DNA of 64,000 bases from Candidatus Kapaibacterium sp. (GCA_036847245.1 DAIUAL010000001.1:4037-68036); one strand, 5' to 3'. Counted from the stretch's first letter, positions 19,608 through 30,174 are shown. Notes: a model not told the origin generated them from the sequence alone. Numbers and translations are program-made.

Positions 19608-19780
19608 TAAGGTGTTGTCGTAGAGACAAGCAGAGAATTCCTTCGCCATTAAAGGAGCATTTGCAGTAATTTTGAGTAGTTTTCTTGCTGTTAATCGACA
19701 TTTATTCAGTGTGTTAAACTGTTCGGTGGATAGAATGTTGTTTTGCTTTATGAACTAAGAAATATCAATCAGTATCAATC

Positions 19781-20596
19781 ATGATAAAGTATCCGAGAGT
19801 CTGTAGTCCAAGTTTTATTCTTGCCATGGTTACGTGGAGTTTGTCGTGCTTTCTTTCGCTTTCAGCACAAGGAATGTCACAAGAGCGCGATACCACACGT
19901 CGTGTGCCGATTATTCGAACTTTGCCGGAGGGTGCTTCATCGCAGGGGTTTGATTCATTGAAAAGTATGCGCATTGTACGTGATACGAGCATTGGCACAA
20001 CAGCGCCTGGTGAGTATCCATATTCGCCGGAGCAGGATAGTGCATACTATGCGGCACTGGGTTTAGACGTACCAACTTCTTCACGCTTTATGGCATTTGT
20101 ACGACTGACACAGCCGCAATGGCTTGCTCTTAAGGAAATGAAACGTCTTTCGCCCACCGAGGCAATCATCGCCAATATGAATGCTATTCCTGCTTCGGCA
20201 TTCAAACCACGCGGACAAGATTTGGCATTATATCAGTACAATCTCCAGCAGGCACTGTCAATTCCCGGGATTTATGATTTTAATCCTGCTATGCAGCAGT
20301 ATCGTGGTGTGCAGATACCGCTTTCATGGATTGGCTCGTTGCTTGGTCTGACTGAAGATGTGTCGCCTCGTATAAAGTATACAGTTGAGCGAGATAGCTA
20401 TGTTGAAATTGTGATTTATTCTACACAAGCTGTTGCCATACGACGTTTATTTGCAGGACATCAACCACCGGGTGATTATTCTATGTTTTGGGATGGTAAT
20501 ACCGATGGGGGCTATAAACCGGGTAAAGGTGATTATGTTGCTGAAGTCCGCATTGGGGAAAGTGGTATTGTTCGGAAGCGTATTCGGTTTGATTAA
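19781..20596 (+). CDS. hypothetical secreted protein with C-terminal beta-sandwich (FlgD-Ig-like) segment
   Basis: Signal peptide. C-terminal block …YSMFWDGNTDGGYKPGKGDYVAEVRIGESG resembles FlgD-Ig/FLgD-like domains. Otherwise unrecognised. Confidence 0.4.
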   Translation: MIKYPRVCSPSFILAMVTWSLSCFLSLSAQGMSQERDTTRRVPIIRTLPEGASSQGFDSLKSMRIVRDTSIGTTAPGEYPYSPEQDSAYYAALGLDVPTSSRFMAFVRLTQPQWLALKEMKRLSPTEAIIANMNAIPASAFKPRGQDLALYQYNLQQALSIPGIYDFNPAMQQYRGVQIPLSWIGSLLGLTEDVSPRIKYTVERDSYVEIVIYSTQAVAIRRLFAGHQPPGDYSMFWDGNTDGGYKPGKGDYVAEVRIGESGIVRKRIRFD

Positions 20597-20722
20597 GGTA
20601 GTTTCTGCGCGATAACTGTGTGCCTCTTCATCGCGCCACGACCACAATAATCGGCATACTTATTGCCCACTACTCCATGTAAAGGGTCTATTCGTTGAAT
20701 AATTACCATTTGCGGAGGGCAT

Positions 20723-21406
20723 ATGAAGCCTCGCACTATTCTTTTGCAATACCTCGTATATGCACCTAAAGCAACTATGCTGATCTGCATGTGGGGTGTA
20801 TTGCTGCTTGTTGGTTGTAGTTCTTCACGCACAGTTGATTCAGCAAAAAACACAAAAAAGCAATCTTCGGTCAGTATGAAAGGCGGTGGTACGCTGAGTA
20901 GCAAAAAAATCGGCGAAGTGCAGTACAAGGTTGCCTCGACACCAAAAGTTTTATCGCCTTCACTAACACCGCTCCACAAAAAAATTATTGCCGAGGCAGA
21001 ATCATGGCTTGGTGTGCCGTACAGCTATGCAGGAATAACGCGCTTTGGTATTGATTGTTCTGCCCTAATGATGAACATTTACAATGCTTTAGGTATACCG
21101 ATACCACGTACAGCCGCCGAGCAATTTGAATTCGGTACAGAGGTCGCACGCGAGGAAATGCTTCCGGGTGATTTGGTGTTTTTTAATACGACCGGTAGTC
21201 CTGCTTCGCATGTAGGAATTATGAGCAGTTCGGAGGAATTTATCCATGCGTCTTCATCGATTGGTGTAACAAAACAAAAATTATCAGATACGTATTTCTC
21301 GACGCGATGGAGTGGTGCAAGGCGGATTATCTCCTTGCCCAAACCAAAGGCAAAGCAGAAAGTCGGAAAAGAATCATCGCAGCAAGATGAATATCATGAG
21401 GAATGA
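20723..21406 (+). CDS. NlpC/P60 (C40) family cell-wall peptidase lipoprotein
   Basis: Lipobox (LLLVGCSSS). Catalytic Cys block GIDCSALMMNIY. His block …GDLVFF…ASHVGIM. True start is probably at 20774 or 20786. Confidence 0.75.
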   Translation: MKPRTILLQYLVYAPKATMLICMWGVLLLVGCSSSRTVDSAKNTKKQSSVSMKGGGTLSSKKIGEVQYKVASTPKVLSPSLTPLHKKIIAEAESWLGVPYSYAGITRFGIDCSALMMNIYNALGIPIPRTAAEQFEFGTEVAREEMLPGDLVFFNTTGSPASHVGIMSSSEEFIHASSSIGVTKQKLSDTYFSTRWSGARRIISLPKPKAKQKVGKESSQQDEYHEE

Positions 21407-21410
21407 AGAA

Positions 21411-21815
21411 TTAAAAACAATTTTTATGGTGGCGAATGATAGTGTTGCCATGGTGCGATTCAATAGCAACGACATCAAAACGGCAGGGTGTATCGTTGAT
21501 ATTGTGAAAGGCAAGATAGCTTTCTGCCATGCGTCGAATCGTACGTTGTTTGGAGGGCGTAACTGCTTCTTCAGGAGTGCCATAGCGTGTACTTCGACGA
21601 AGTTTTACTTCGACAAACACAAGAGTATCTCCGTCACGTGCAATGATATCGATTTCTCCCATTTTGCCGACGCGGTAGTTAAGCGTAACAATGGTGATGC
21701 CTTGTTCAATGAGATGGTTTATGGCAAGTGCTTCGCCTTGTGTACCAATCTTACGATTGTTTGCATGAGTTTTTTGTGGTACTGTAGATGATGAAGTATT
21801 CGTGCTCTTGTTCAT
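21411..21815 (-). CDS. YraN/UPF0102-family predicted endonuclease
   Basis: GEALAINHLIEQGITIVTLNYRVGKMGEIDIIARDGDTLVFVEVKLRRS…RFDVVAIE is the YraN family core. Preferred over the overlapping plus-strand ORF 21312..21791, which has no recognisable content. Confidence 0.6.
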   Translation of the reverse strand: MNKSTNTSSSTVPQKTHANNRKIGTQGEALAINHLIEQGITIVTLNYRVGKMGEIDIIARDGDTLVFVEVKLRRSTRYGTPEEAVTPSKQRTIRRMAESYLAFHNINDTPCRFDVVAIESHHGNTIIRHHKNCF

Positions 21816-21831
21816 TGTATGATAAATAGAT

Positions 21832-24800
21832 TTATGCGGCGATGTTTTTCGCTCGTGCTTTGCGAATGCCATCTTCGACAGCTGTACGAGGAATAGCAAC
21901 ATCGAACCCTGTTCGTACCACTGTATTTGTGGTATCCAAGCGTGTTAGCACCTGACGGAAAGTTTGCTCTGCTTCTTCCCACCGACCAAGATAGAGTAGC
22001 GCATAAGCACGTAAATGCCGAGCATAGTTTTGTTCAGGAACAAATGTCAATGATAAATCTGCAAAGTGGAGTGATTCCTCATACTTGCGTTGATTGCCTA
22101 CAAGATTTGCTAAAGAAGCCGCTGCATTTGCTGCTAAGTGCTTCGGAAGATTACCGATCTGTAAAGCAAAGAGCAGTGCTTGTTCAGCTTGATCGAAGAC
22201 ATGCATGAAATTCAGCGTTAAGCCGAGTTGAAGCCATGCGTAGGCATTCTCCGGTTCTTCTTTAACATGCTGAAGCAAGAGTCGATAATTACGATCCATT
22301 TTTTGTTTCATGATGGTCATGTCTTGATCATAACCAAGATGTTCGATCATAATATCTGAATCAGCAATACCACCCCCCGCCTCAAGAATACTGGTGCTGA
22401 TTTGCTCATGGACACGTCCTATGAATTTGACCTTAGGATAGCCATAGTTACGAAAGAGACGCGGGTATGCACCAACATGATGTTCAGTATCCATGTCATT
22501 TTGGCGATGTTTACTTTTGATCATACATAAGAATGCTCCAATCTTCTCATCCGCCTCTTCAACAATAGTACGAAGACCTGCTCCTTGCTCCGGTATCAAC
22601 CGCTCATCGGCATCGAGATAGAGTATCCACTTACCGGTACAGTGTTCGAGCGAGTTATTACGCGCCGATGCAAAATCATTCGTCCATGCACGATGATAAA
22701 TTTTTGCGCCAAACTCTTGAGCAATAGTAAGAGTGCGGTCAGTCGAACCTGTATCAGTGATAATGATTTCATCAACAATCCCACGCACGCTCTCTAAACA
22801 GCCCGGTAGAAAATGTTCTTCATTTTTCACAATCATGCTGAGTGAAATTAATGGAGGTTGCGCATGTTCTGATATACTTGACTGAGGAGTCAAACGAATA
22901 GAAAAAGCCGATGCAAAAGTATGAAGATGTGTACGGAATGTTGCCAGTTCTTGTGTAGCAGACTGTGCGGGCAAAAGACGGACTAAGGTTTGCACGATAT
23001 GTTGTGCTTGTGGAATACGTTCGTGCCAAATCGTCGGGCGGTGTGCATCTAGTGCTTGCATATAATTCATGAGCAGTACTAAGCGTTCGCCTGCTGCCGC
23101 GTAGTGCCCCAGCATATACGAGGCAAGAACATCATACCATAATGCTTCGCGTTGATTCGGGAAATATGCTAAAGATTGTCGAGCAACATGCAGCAAGCGT
23201 GTGTAATCAGTTTGTGCAAGTAGGTGTCGGGCATAAATATTTAAGACGACTGCACATTTTTGTGGTGTTGCTTTGGGGTGTGTCAGCAGTTTGCTGAGAG
23301 CATTCAGCATCTCATCATTCGAGAGATTTTCTCCAAAGGTGAGTATATGCAGAACATATTGAAAAGCACCTTCATCATTTGTTGCGCCTTGGCGCATCAA
23401 TTCAGCTTCGAGGAGGGCTGTGTAACGACGAAATTTTTCACCGGTCGGCAATGTTGAATAGTGATAAAAAACGATAGAAGGATCGAAGAGTATTTTTAAG
23501 CCCAAGCGCGTAATGCTTGCTGTTACTTGCTCGTGGATAATGCCTTCATACTGAATAGCGGGGTGTCGGCGAAAAAGACGAAGAATTTCTGTCTGTGCAT
23601 GAGCATCCGACTCTTTGCTGGTAGGTGTGTGACGAATCGAAGAAATATATCCACCAATGTCGGTAGGAGCATTGCTAATGAGTGAACGAATGTGTGTGCC
23701 AATTTCCGTATTGAACCATTCATCGGAGTCAAGCATTAATACCCATGAACCGGAACAGTGTTGCAGAGCATGATTACGAGCTTGGCTATAATCATTTCGC
23801 CAAATCGTATGGACAATCTGTATGGGGGGGATATGTCCGGATTGTTCATGATGACCTTGTTCGCGAAGAGTACGGACAACATTGAGTAATTGAGCATCAT
23901 CGTGCGAAGTACGATTGACAGCATTATGACTGATAATAATTTCATCGCAGCACGAAGCAAGTGAAGATAAAGCACGCAGAAGATATGGCGTATTGCTTTC
24001 TGTAAGAGAGCCGACAATGATTGCGCCGGAGAGTAATATTGTGCGAGAAGAATTGTCATGGTCCTGTGCTGATCCTTGAGTAGTGAATGCCTGTAATGCT
24101 TGTTCAGCTTGAGCAAGAAACTGCGGTAGATCAGTACGTTGCGGTTGAAGGTGAATTGCTTGCTTAAGTAGTGCTACAGCATCGGCAGGTCGTTGGAGCC
24201 GTAAAGCAATATTAGCTTCACCAACAATGCAAGCAATATCATTGGGAGCATGTTTACGACCTTCGTGAAAACAGAGAAGTGCACGATGCCATTCTTGCAA
24301 GCCTGTATAACATTGTCCCATCTTAAAATAAACTTGTTCAGGAACAACATGGTACTCACTCTCGAATCCTGAGGTCGGTTCAGCTAATGTTCGATGTAAG
24401 TCTTCAAAGATTGACAGTGCTGAACGAAAATCAGATTCAGCCAAGAGAACATCGCCCGCGATCAATGATGCTAGTGTCTGTCGTGGCTTTCTGCGTAAAG
24501 ATTCACGAGCAATACGCAAACTCAAATCGAGTTGTTTGGTTTGATACAATGCTAACGCATAAAAATTGAGTGCTTCGATGACTAAATGTTCAGCGAGCTT
24601 TGGCGTAGATATATGGTGCATATGATCGGTTGCCGGTAGATGCATCGCACGCAAGATATTGTCAAGAGCCATGTGGAAATCGTCAAGTGCTTCTGTATGG
24701 CGACCAAGTGCAAGCAGTGTTTTTGCTCGTTGAAAAAGAGCATAGCGGTTATCAGGTGTTGTCTGGAGTGTCGTATTGAGCATAGCGAGATTACGCTCTT

Positions 24801-25368
24801 GTTTCTCACGCATAGCAGTTGGAGAAAGATTATATCCCAAATGCGTGAAGACAATAGTCGAAGGTTGGATGAGGAGACCTGCTTGTTGAATGGCATCGGT
24901 AATTTGTTCATGAATGATACCCTGCCAACGGATGCGATCATCACGCCGAAAGATTCGTGTTGCTTGCGCAGTAAAAACATCACTGCCACCATTAGTCCGA
25001 GCAGAGTGTGAGCGCAAATGAACAAGTATGCCACCAACTTCTTGCGGAGCAGTACGCAAGATATCAGCACATGTTGAGGCATTTTCAAGTCGTTCGTCTG
25101 CGTCAATACTGAGTATCCATGGTGCTTGTGCGAATTCGAGACAAACATTGCGTGCTTGAGCAAAATCATTCTGCCATGTAGACTGGATGACGTGACAACC
25201 AAGCGATTCAGCTAATGGTTGTGTGCCATCAGTTGATCCCGTATCAACAACAATGAATTCAACGGGAAATGCTTCAGCAAGTGGTCGTACTGAAGCGATA
25301 CAATCCGCAAGCATGTAAACTTCATTTTTAGTAATCAGACAGACAGAGAGAAAAGGAGTCGAATTCAT
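21832..25368 (-). CDS. giant tripartite glycosyltransferase: three tandem [GT2-like domain - conserved linker - TPR] modules in one 1178-aa polypeptide
   Basis: GT2 blocks appear three times. Module 1: VCLITKNE…VVDTGSTDGT…WQNDFAQARN…WILSIDADERL. Module 2 (degenerate): …IIISHNAVN…WRNDYSQARN…WVLMLDSDEWF. Module 3: IVKNEE…ITDTGSTDRT…WTNDFASARN…WILYLDADERL. Each is followed by an I.x.G.IHEQ linker and TPR-like helical repeats. Start set at ATG 25368. Confidence 0.8.
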   Translation of the reverse strand: MNSTPFLSVCLITKNEVYMLADCIASVRPLAEAFPVEFIVVDTGSTDGTQPLAESLGCHVIQSTWQNDFAQARNVCLEFAQAPWILSIDADERLENASTCADILRTAPQEVGGILVHLRSHSARTNGGSDVFTAQATRIFRRDDRIRWQGIIHEQITDAIQQAGLLIQPSTIVFTHLGYNLSPTAMREKQERNLAMLNTTLQTTPDNRYALFQRAKTLLALGRHTEALDDFHMALDNILRAMHLPATDHMHHISTPKLAEHLVIEALNFYALALYQTKQLDLSLRIARESLRRKPRQTLASLIAGDVLLAESDFRSALSIFEDLHRTLAEPTSGFESEYHVVPEQVYFKMGQCYTGLQEWHRALLCFHEGRKHAPNDIACIVGEANIALRLQRPADAVALLKQAIHLQPQRTDLPQFLAQAEQALQAFTTQGSAQDHDNSSRTILLSGAIIVGSLTESNTPYLLRALSSLASCCDEIIISHNAVNRTSHDDAQLLNVVRTLREQGHHEQSGHIPPIQIVHTIWRNDYSQARNHALQHCSGSWVLMLDSDEWFNTEIGTHIRSLISNAPTDIGGYISSIRHTPTSKESDAHAQTEILRLFRRHPAIQYEGIIHEQVTASITRLGLKILFDPSIVFYHYSTLPTGEKFRRYTALLEAELMRQGATNDEGAFQYVLHILTFGENLSNDEMLNALSKLLTHPKATPQKCAVVLNIYARHLLAQTDYTRLLHVARQSLAYFPNQREALWYDVLASYMLGHYAAAGERLVLLMNYMQALDAHRPTIWHERIPQAQHIVQTLVRLLPAQSATQELATFRTHLHTFASAFSIRLTPQSSISEHAQPPLISLSMIVKNEEHFLPGCLESVRGIVDEIIITDTGSTDRTLTIAQEFGAKIYHRAWTNDFASARNNSLEHCTGKWILYLDADERLIPEQGAGLRTIVEEADEKIGAFLCMIKSKHRQNDMDTEHHVGAYPRLFRNYGYPKVKFIGRVHEQISTSILEAGGGIADSDIMIEHLGYDQDMTIMKQKMDRNYRLLLQHVKEEPENAYAWLQLGLTLNFMHVFDQAEQALLFALQIGNLPKHLAANAAASLANLVGNQRKYEESLHFADLSLTFVPEQNYARHLRAYALLYLGRWEEAEQTFRQVLTRLDTTNTVVRTGFDVAIPRTAVEDGIRKARAKNIAA

Positions 25369-25469
25369 AAGAGAACAACAGCTACACAAAAAGAATACGA
25401 TTCAGAAGAATGCTGATAGACACAGGGCATGTGTTTATGTACAGACTTTACAAGTTAGGTTGTTGGTTG

Positions 25470-27785
25470 CTAGTGCATACCAATAGGGGTAAGAAAAAAT
25501 GTCTGCATGACGCCTTTGCCTTTAACCTCAATAGGTTGACGGGATTCGACTACAATATCTAAAGGCATACCAATTTGCTCAATAAGTGTACAACGGTATG
25601 TATTTGGTGCAATTTCTTCCACACCCGGTGAATTGAGTAGTACTTGCATGAAACGCTCGGATACATGGATGCGTCCTTCTGCACCGTGAGATTCCATACG
25701 CGACGCGGTATTCACCGAATCACCCCATAAATCGTAAGCAAATTTATGCTTACCAATAACGCCTGCCACACAAGGACCACAGTGTATTCCGATGCGAAGA
25801 TTGACATTGGTAGCAGTGATTTCCCGAATGGTATTCAACGAACGCAGCATGCTGGCGGCAAAAAATGTTATCCGCACGGCATGAGCATCTGTAACCTCGG
25901 GAATACCACCGGCAATCATGTAGCAATCTCCAATTGTTTTGATTTTTTCTAATTGATACAGCAGCGAGGCATCATCAAATTCGCTGAACATCCAATTAAG
26001 AAGTTGCACAAGTTCGCTGGCAGAAGTACGTGCAGAAAGCTTCGTAAATCCAACCATATCTGCAAAGAGTACTGATACATTGTCATAGCTGTCGGCAATG
26101 AGTTCACTTCCTAATTTAAAACGCTGACCAATTGAACGTGGGAGAATGTTGCTCAAGAGTTTTTCGGATTGTTCTTTCTGTTCTTCAATTAAATGTTTCT
26201 GCTCTAAAATTTCTGCATTCTGAAGTTGAATTTCTGAGTTCTGTGCTTGTGTCTCTTCGAGAAGATCAGCGATGCGTTGTTGCGCTTGTGCTGACGCAAG
26301 TACAGAAGCAATATTATCAGCGAGGGCTCCAAAAAGATCAAGATCTTGTTGAGTAAATGACTCCATTGAGCCAAACTCTGCAACGGCTAAACAAGTATCT
26401 TGAAAGATGAATGGTACAGCACAATAGTGCTGTGCTTGCAGTGTGCCAAGGGCACTGGCAACACCGTGATGAGCTAATGATTGTAAAGTATAGTTTTCTG
26501 TTTGCGGTGATGTTGCAGAAACAGATTGATGATGCCGGACAGGTTCGGTAATGCGACTGTTTTGTATGTCAGCTTGGATGATAGAACGATGCTCGTAGCT
26601 ACTCCCGATAATGCCTTCACCAGTACAAAATGTCTGGCGAATAGAACTTGGGTCAGGACAACTATATGTTGCATTAAGTTCAAGATATACTTGATTGTTG
26701 ACAGTACGAACTTTTCGCAGATACAATGATGCCGTGATGCTGCTTGTTAGCTCAGCAAGCATACGGAGGATATCGGTTGTAAGTGTGTCAAGATGGTTAG
26801 CATTACGTGCGAGTGAGGCAATACGATAGCGAAGATCGTCATAATACTTCTGCGTTTCGATTGCTTCCATTGAAGTATTCATAAGTGCAGCAAGTGTAGC
26901 AAGTTCATCATTTTTCTTTTTGATAAACTGTAGCTTCTTCTTGCGCTCTGACGACGATGATTGAAATGCTTGTGTAATGGTGCGAAAGGAGAAACGTATT
27001 CTACGGAGAATAACAATGGTCGAAGCGATAAGAAATGTCAATAGAATAGTCGTGCCAACCACCGCGGTAATATTTTTTATACGATCAAGTTCTTGCTCGT
27101 GGAGCATGACTGTATCTGCACCACGATGAACCAGAGCATGAAGTTCACTACTTCGTAGAGACAACTCTCGGCAATACTCAGAGAGTCGCTGTGCTTCAAG
27201 CCTATATTCCGCTTCCCCAAGCAACTCATCTTCATCAAGGATCTTTCTGAGGGTGAATTGGATATCATTTCTGATAATGATTATAGACTTCGCAACCGCT
27301 ATTTCATGAGGTTCCGTTAAGGCAAAGAATGTTTTTTGCCATATAGTCTCAGACTCATTCATTCCCTGCTCAATTTGCATGCGTAGTTGTTTAATACCAC
27401 TTTGAAAGGAATCTTGAGTACTGCTACTAGAAGGGGTATCAGAAGACTTCTTATATTCGATCAGTAGGTTAGGTAGGGCAGTTGTATACCACATCTGTAG
27501 GCGGTAGAGACCATTCATGGACTGAATGCGATGCATGTACATATCCTGCATGGAGGCCATGGTCTGCTTTTTTAAGTAAAGAACTGTACCGCCCAATATT
27601 CCTACAAAAACGGCACAAATAATCATAAGCCGGGTAATCTGCTGAGCAATCCATGATTGCTGTTTGGCGGAGCGCGAGGCACCTTGTGCAGATTGGGGAG
27701 TGGGTATAGTAGATGATTGAGCAGTAATCTTCTTTTTCAATGACAGATGAAGATCTTGCCAAGAATCTCGATAGGAATTACTCAT
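25470..27785 (-). CDS. membrane-anchored class III adenylate/guanylate cyclase with GAF domain
   Basis: Two TM segments, coiled coil and a GAF-like region (…TGEGIIGSS…). C-terminal CYC domain (…VLFADMVGFTKLS…IKTIGDCYMIAGG…RIGIHCGPCVAGVIG…WGDSVNTASRME). Confidence 0.85.
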   Translation of the reverse strand: MSNSYRDSWQDLHLSLKKKITAQSSTIPTPQSAQGASRSAKQQSWIAQQITRLMIICAVFVGILGGTVLYLKKQTMASMQDMYMHRIQSMNGLYRLQMWYTTALPNLLIEYKKSSDTPSSSSTQDSFQSGIKQLRMQIEQGMNESETIWQKTFFALTEPHEIAVAKSIIIIRNDIQFTLRKILDEDELLGEAEYRLEAQRLSEYCRELSLRSSELHALVHRGADTVMLHEQELDRIKNITAVVGTTILLTFLIASTIVILRRIRFSFRTITQAFQSSSSERKKKLQFIKKKNDELATLAALMNTSMEAIETQKYYDDLRYRIASLARNANHLDTLTTDILRMLAELTSSITASLYLRKVRTVNNQVYLELNATYSCPDPSSIRQTFCTGEGIIGSSYEHRSIIQADIQNSRITEPVRHHQSVSATSPQTENYTLQSLAHHGVASALGTLQAQHYCAVPFIFQDTCLAVAEFGSMESFTQQDLDLFGALADNIASVLASAQAQQRIADLLEETQAQNSEIQLQNAEILEQKHLIEEQKEQSEKLLSNILPRSIGQRFKLGSELIADSYDNVSVLFADMVGFTKLSARTSASELVQLLNWMFSEFDDASLLYQLEKIKTIGDCYMIAGGIPEVTDAHAVRITFFAASMLRSLNTIREITATNVNLRIGIHCGPCVAGVIGKHKFAYDLWGDSVNTASRMESHGAEGRIHVSERFMQVLLNSPGVEEIAPNTYRCTLIEQIGMPLDIVVESRQPIEVKGKGVMQTFFLTPIGMH

Positions 27786-29710
27786 AACATTGCCCCGGAA
27801 GTGAGTGACGCTGTTATGGTACTATCTGCATGTTGTAGTGAATGGGTGGCATGATCTGACTGTTCAGATTGCCTCATGCTGAGTTGAGAGGAGTCCAAGA
27901 TATGGTTGTGTCGATAAGTTAATAGTGCCAGTGCGATACTTTCACCGATAATTGATGCTAATGTTTGTTGCTGATGATTTATGGAATGAAGACAAGCGCA
28001 TTCAATAACGGCAAGAACTTCTTTTTTATAGAGGCAGGGAATTGCCATCATGTAGTGTGGTGCTGTACGCCCAGCCGCCGATACGACAAAAGTAGGGCTG
28101 CCAGATAATGATGAAGTACTATTCTCAGCATTATCGGGAGTCGATTCTCCCAAGGACATAATGACAATTGTACCATTCCGCACAGATTGTCCGCAAATAC
28201 CTTCACCTGTGCGAAAACGTACAAGTGGGTGTTGGTGAGAAACAGCAAACCCTCCTATAAACTCAAACAGATCTTTATGTGCAACTTGGTCGTATGGATG
28301 GGTAGAAGAGGCAACAAAATGATTCTGATTGTTGTGAGCAATATCACAGCGAGTGTACAGACATACAACAGAAGAGTCAAGATATTTGGCAATAAAGCTC
28401 GAAATATTGAGAGATAGTTCGTGCAGAGAGGTACTTTCCTGAATAATACGGGCAGCAGAAGACTGACCTTCCTTCAGCCATAACACTTGTTGTTCTGCAA
28501 TACGCAATGTTTCAATTTCATTACGTTGCTGTTCCATCGCACGAATAGTTTTTGCTTGCTTGCGCGCATTTCGAACCAAGTAAAAAAAACTCAGAGCAAC
28601 AAAAACAGCAATGATGACAATAATTGATCGAGTTAAAACTTCTTGTCGTTGACTAGAGAGAGCGAGCTTGTCAGCAGATGCTTTGTGCTCCCACTCATTC
28701 TCAAGATGAGTAGCTTCTGTTTCAAACTGAATTTTACGATGAGTGATCGTTATAATGAGCCGAGAGTAGTAATTGCTGTATTTATAAGCGGAGTCATATT
28801 GTTTGAGCGATGCATAAATATTTCGCAAAAGTTCTACGGCACTTTCTTCATCCGGCTCGTTTGAAAGTTTTTTTGCACGCGCCAATGCTTGTTGAGCCAA
28901 TGAAATTGCGTCTTTTGCTTTGCCTAATGCAAAGAGAATTTCCGCCTTTTCTTGGTATGCATTGTTTTTTTCATACGTTGATCGATTAGTTTCTGCCAAA
29001 TAAATGGCAGAATCAATCATAAGTGTAGCCGGTTTTAACTGCCCCATGGTTTTGTAAAATCGTGCCAAATAAACATACGCCGTGGTGATATTGGCAGTAT
29101 CTTTAATCGAGTGATGTGATCGCAAGAATAAGCAACGTTGATAGTTAATGTTTGCCTGAGTATAATTATCCAATTCTTTATACAAGTCACCGAGGCGTAA
29201 TGCCGCATATGCCATGCCGATGGTATCGTTTTGTTCGGTGAACATTTGCTGACTTTCCGACATATAGGAGAGAGCTTCACCGAATTTTTTTTTATACACT
29301 AGCATTTCACCGATATTCAGCTTGCAATAGGCGAACTCGCGCGGGGTCTGCGCACTTATTCCTAACGATTCAATTTTTTTGAAAACATCCAAACCACGAT
29401 CATAGTCCTTGATATTGCGAAAAATGATGCCGATATAGTTTGCCGGCTCAATGAATCGTTGGGGTAGTCGAAAATTTGTAGCTAACTCCATCGCTTCTCT
29501 GCCATAGCGAACTGCGGCATTAATGTCATTCTTACGATAGAGCCATGCTAAACGCGTCAGTGGAGCAATACGAGAAGTATCATTGTAGGTAAGCAAGAGA
29601 GACTTTAAACTATCCGCTTCAGAGATTTGTGCACGAAGACGACAAGAAGAGAATAGGAGACCAATGCCAAGCAGAAGACCTATGCCAATATATTTGGTGA
29701 TTCTACACAT
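27782..29710 (-). CDS. TPR-repeat / TM / GAF sensor protein without output domain
   Basis: Signal/anchor (MCRITKYIGIGLLLGIGLLFSSC), extracytoplasmic TPR repeats, a TM helix (IIVIIAVFVALSFFYLV), then coiled coil plus GAF-like (…TGEGICGQS…). Stop overlaps the cyclase start codon (ATGA, 27782..27785). Alternative start at 29764. Confidence 0.7.
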   Translation of the reverse strand: MCRITKYIGIGLLLGIGLLFSSCRLRAQISEADSLKSLLLTYNDTSRIAPLTRLAWLYRKNDINAAVRYGREAMELATNFRLPQRFIEPANYIGIIFRNIKDYDRGLDVFKKIESLGISAQTPREFAYCKLNIGEMLVYKKKFGEALSYMSESQQMFTEQNDTIGMAYAALRLGDLYKELDNYTQANINYQRCLFLRSHHSIKDTANITTAYVYLARFYKTMGQLKPATLMIDSAIYLAETNRSTYEKNNAYQEKAEILFALGKAKDAISLAQQALARAKKLSNEPDEESAVELLRNIYASLKQYDSAYKYSNYYSRLIITITHRKIQFETEATHLENEWEHKASADKLALSSQRQEVLTRSIIVIIAVFVALSFFYLVRNARKQAKTIRAMEQQRNEIETLRIAEQQVLWLKEGQSSAARIIQESTSLHELSLNISSFIAKYLDSSVVCLYTRCDIAHNNQNHFVASSTHPYDQVAHKDLFEFIGGFAVSHQHPLVRFRTGEGICGQSVRNGTIVIMSLGESTPDNAENSTSSLSGSPTFVVSAAGRTAPHYMMAIPCLYKKEVLAVIECACLHSINHQQQTLASIIGESIALALLTYRHNHILDSSQLSMRQSEQSDHATHSLQHADSTITASLTSGAML

Positions 29711-29997
29711 ACATGGTAGGAGAAAATAAAGATGAGTCTCTGAGCAAGAGTTTCTGATATACAATATGCTTGATGTGTACGATGATTCTATAATCTAAGT
29801 AACCGTAAGCATTTGCTTCTCATTTTAAAAATTGGCAGAACGTAATCGCCAACTGAAATTTAAGTAAATTGGATTGTGTTCTTTGCAAAAAAGTAGAGAC
29901 AAAATCGAGGAAACACACAATATTCCTTGCTTTCTTTTATGCAAAGTAGCAGAACACGATATTTCTATTTTTTCTTTTCATTTTTTAGAGATACACT

Positions 29998-30174
29998 ATG
30001 TTTGGTTTAGGAACACCCGAATTACTTATTATCGGTCTCGCCCTTGTCTTGATGTTTGGTGCGCGAAAAATTCCTGAATTAATGCGTGGTTTAGGTTCGG
30101 GGATTAAAGAATTCAAGAAAGCATCTTCGGTCGAAGATGATGATGCTTCCAATAAACCCGCAATGAAATCATAA
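29998..30174 (+). CDS. tatA: twin-arginine translocase subunit TatA (58 aa; not in ORF track, <60 aa)
   Basis: [42 protein letters not shown]: canonical TatA TM plus amphipathic helix. Confidence 0.8.
   Translation: MFGLGTPELLIIGLALVLMFGARKIPELMRGLGSGIKEFKKASSVEDDDASNKPAMKS

Noticed and set aside
21312-21791. Plus-strand 159-aa ORF overlapping yraN
   Set aside because: It has no recognisable motifs, whereas the minus-strand ORF matches the YraN/UPF0102 core.
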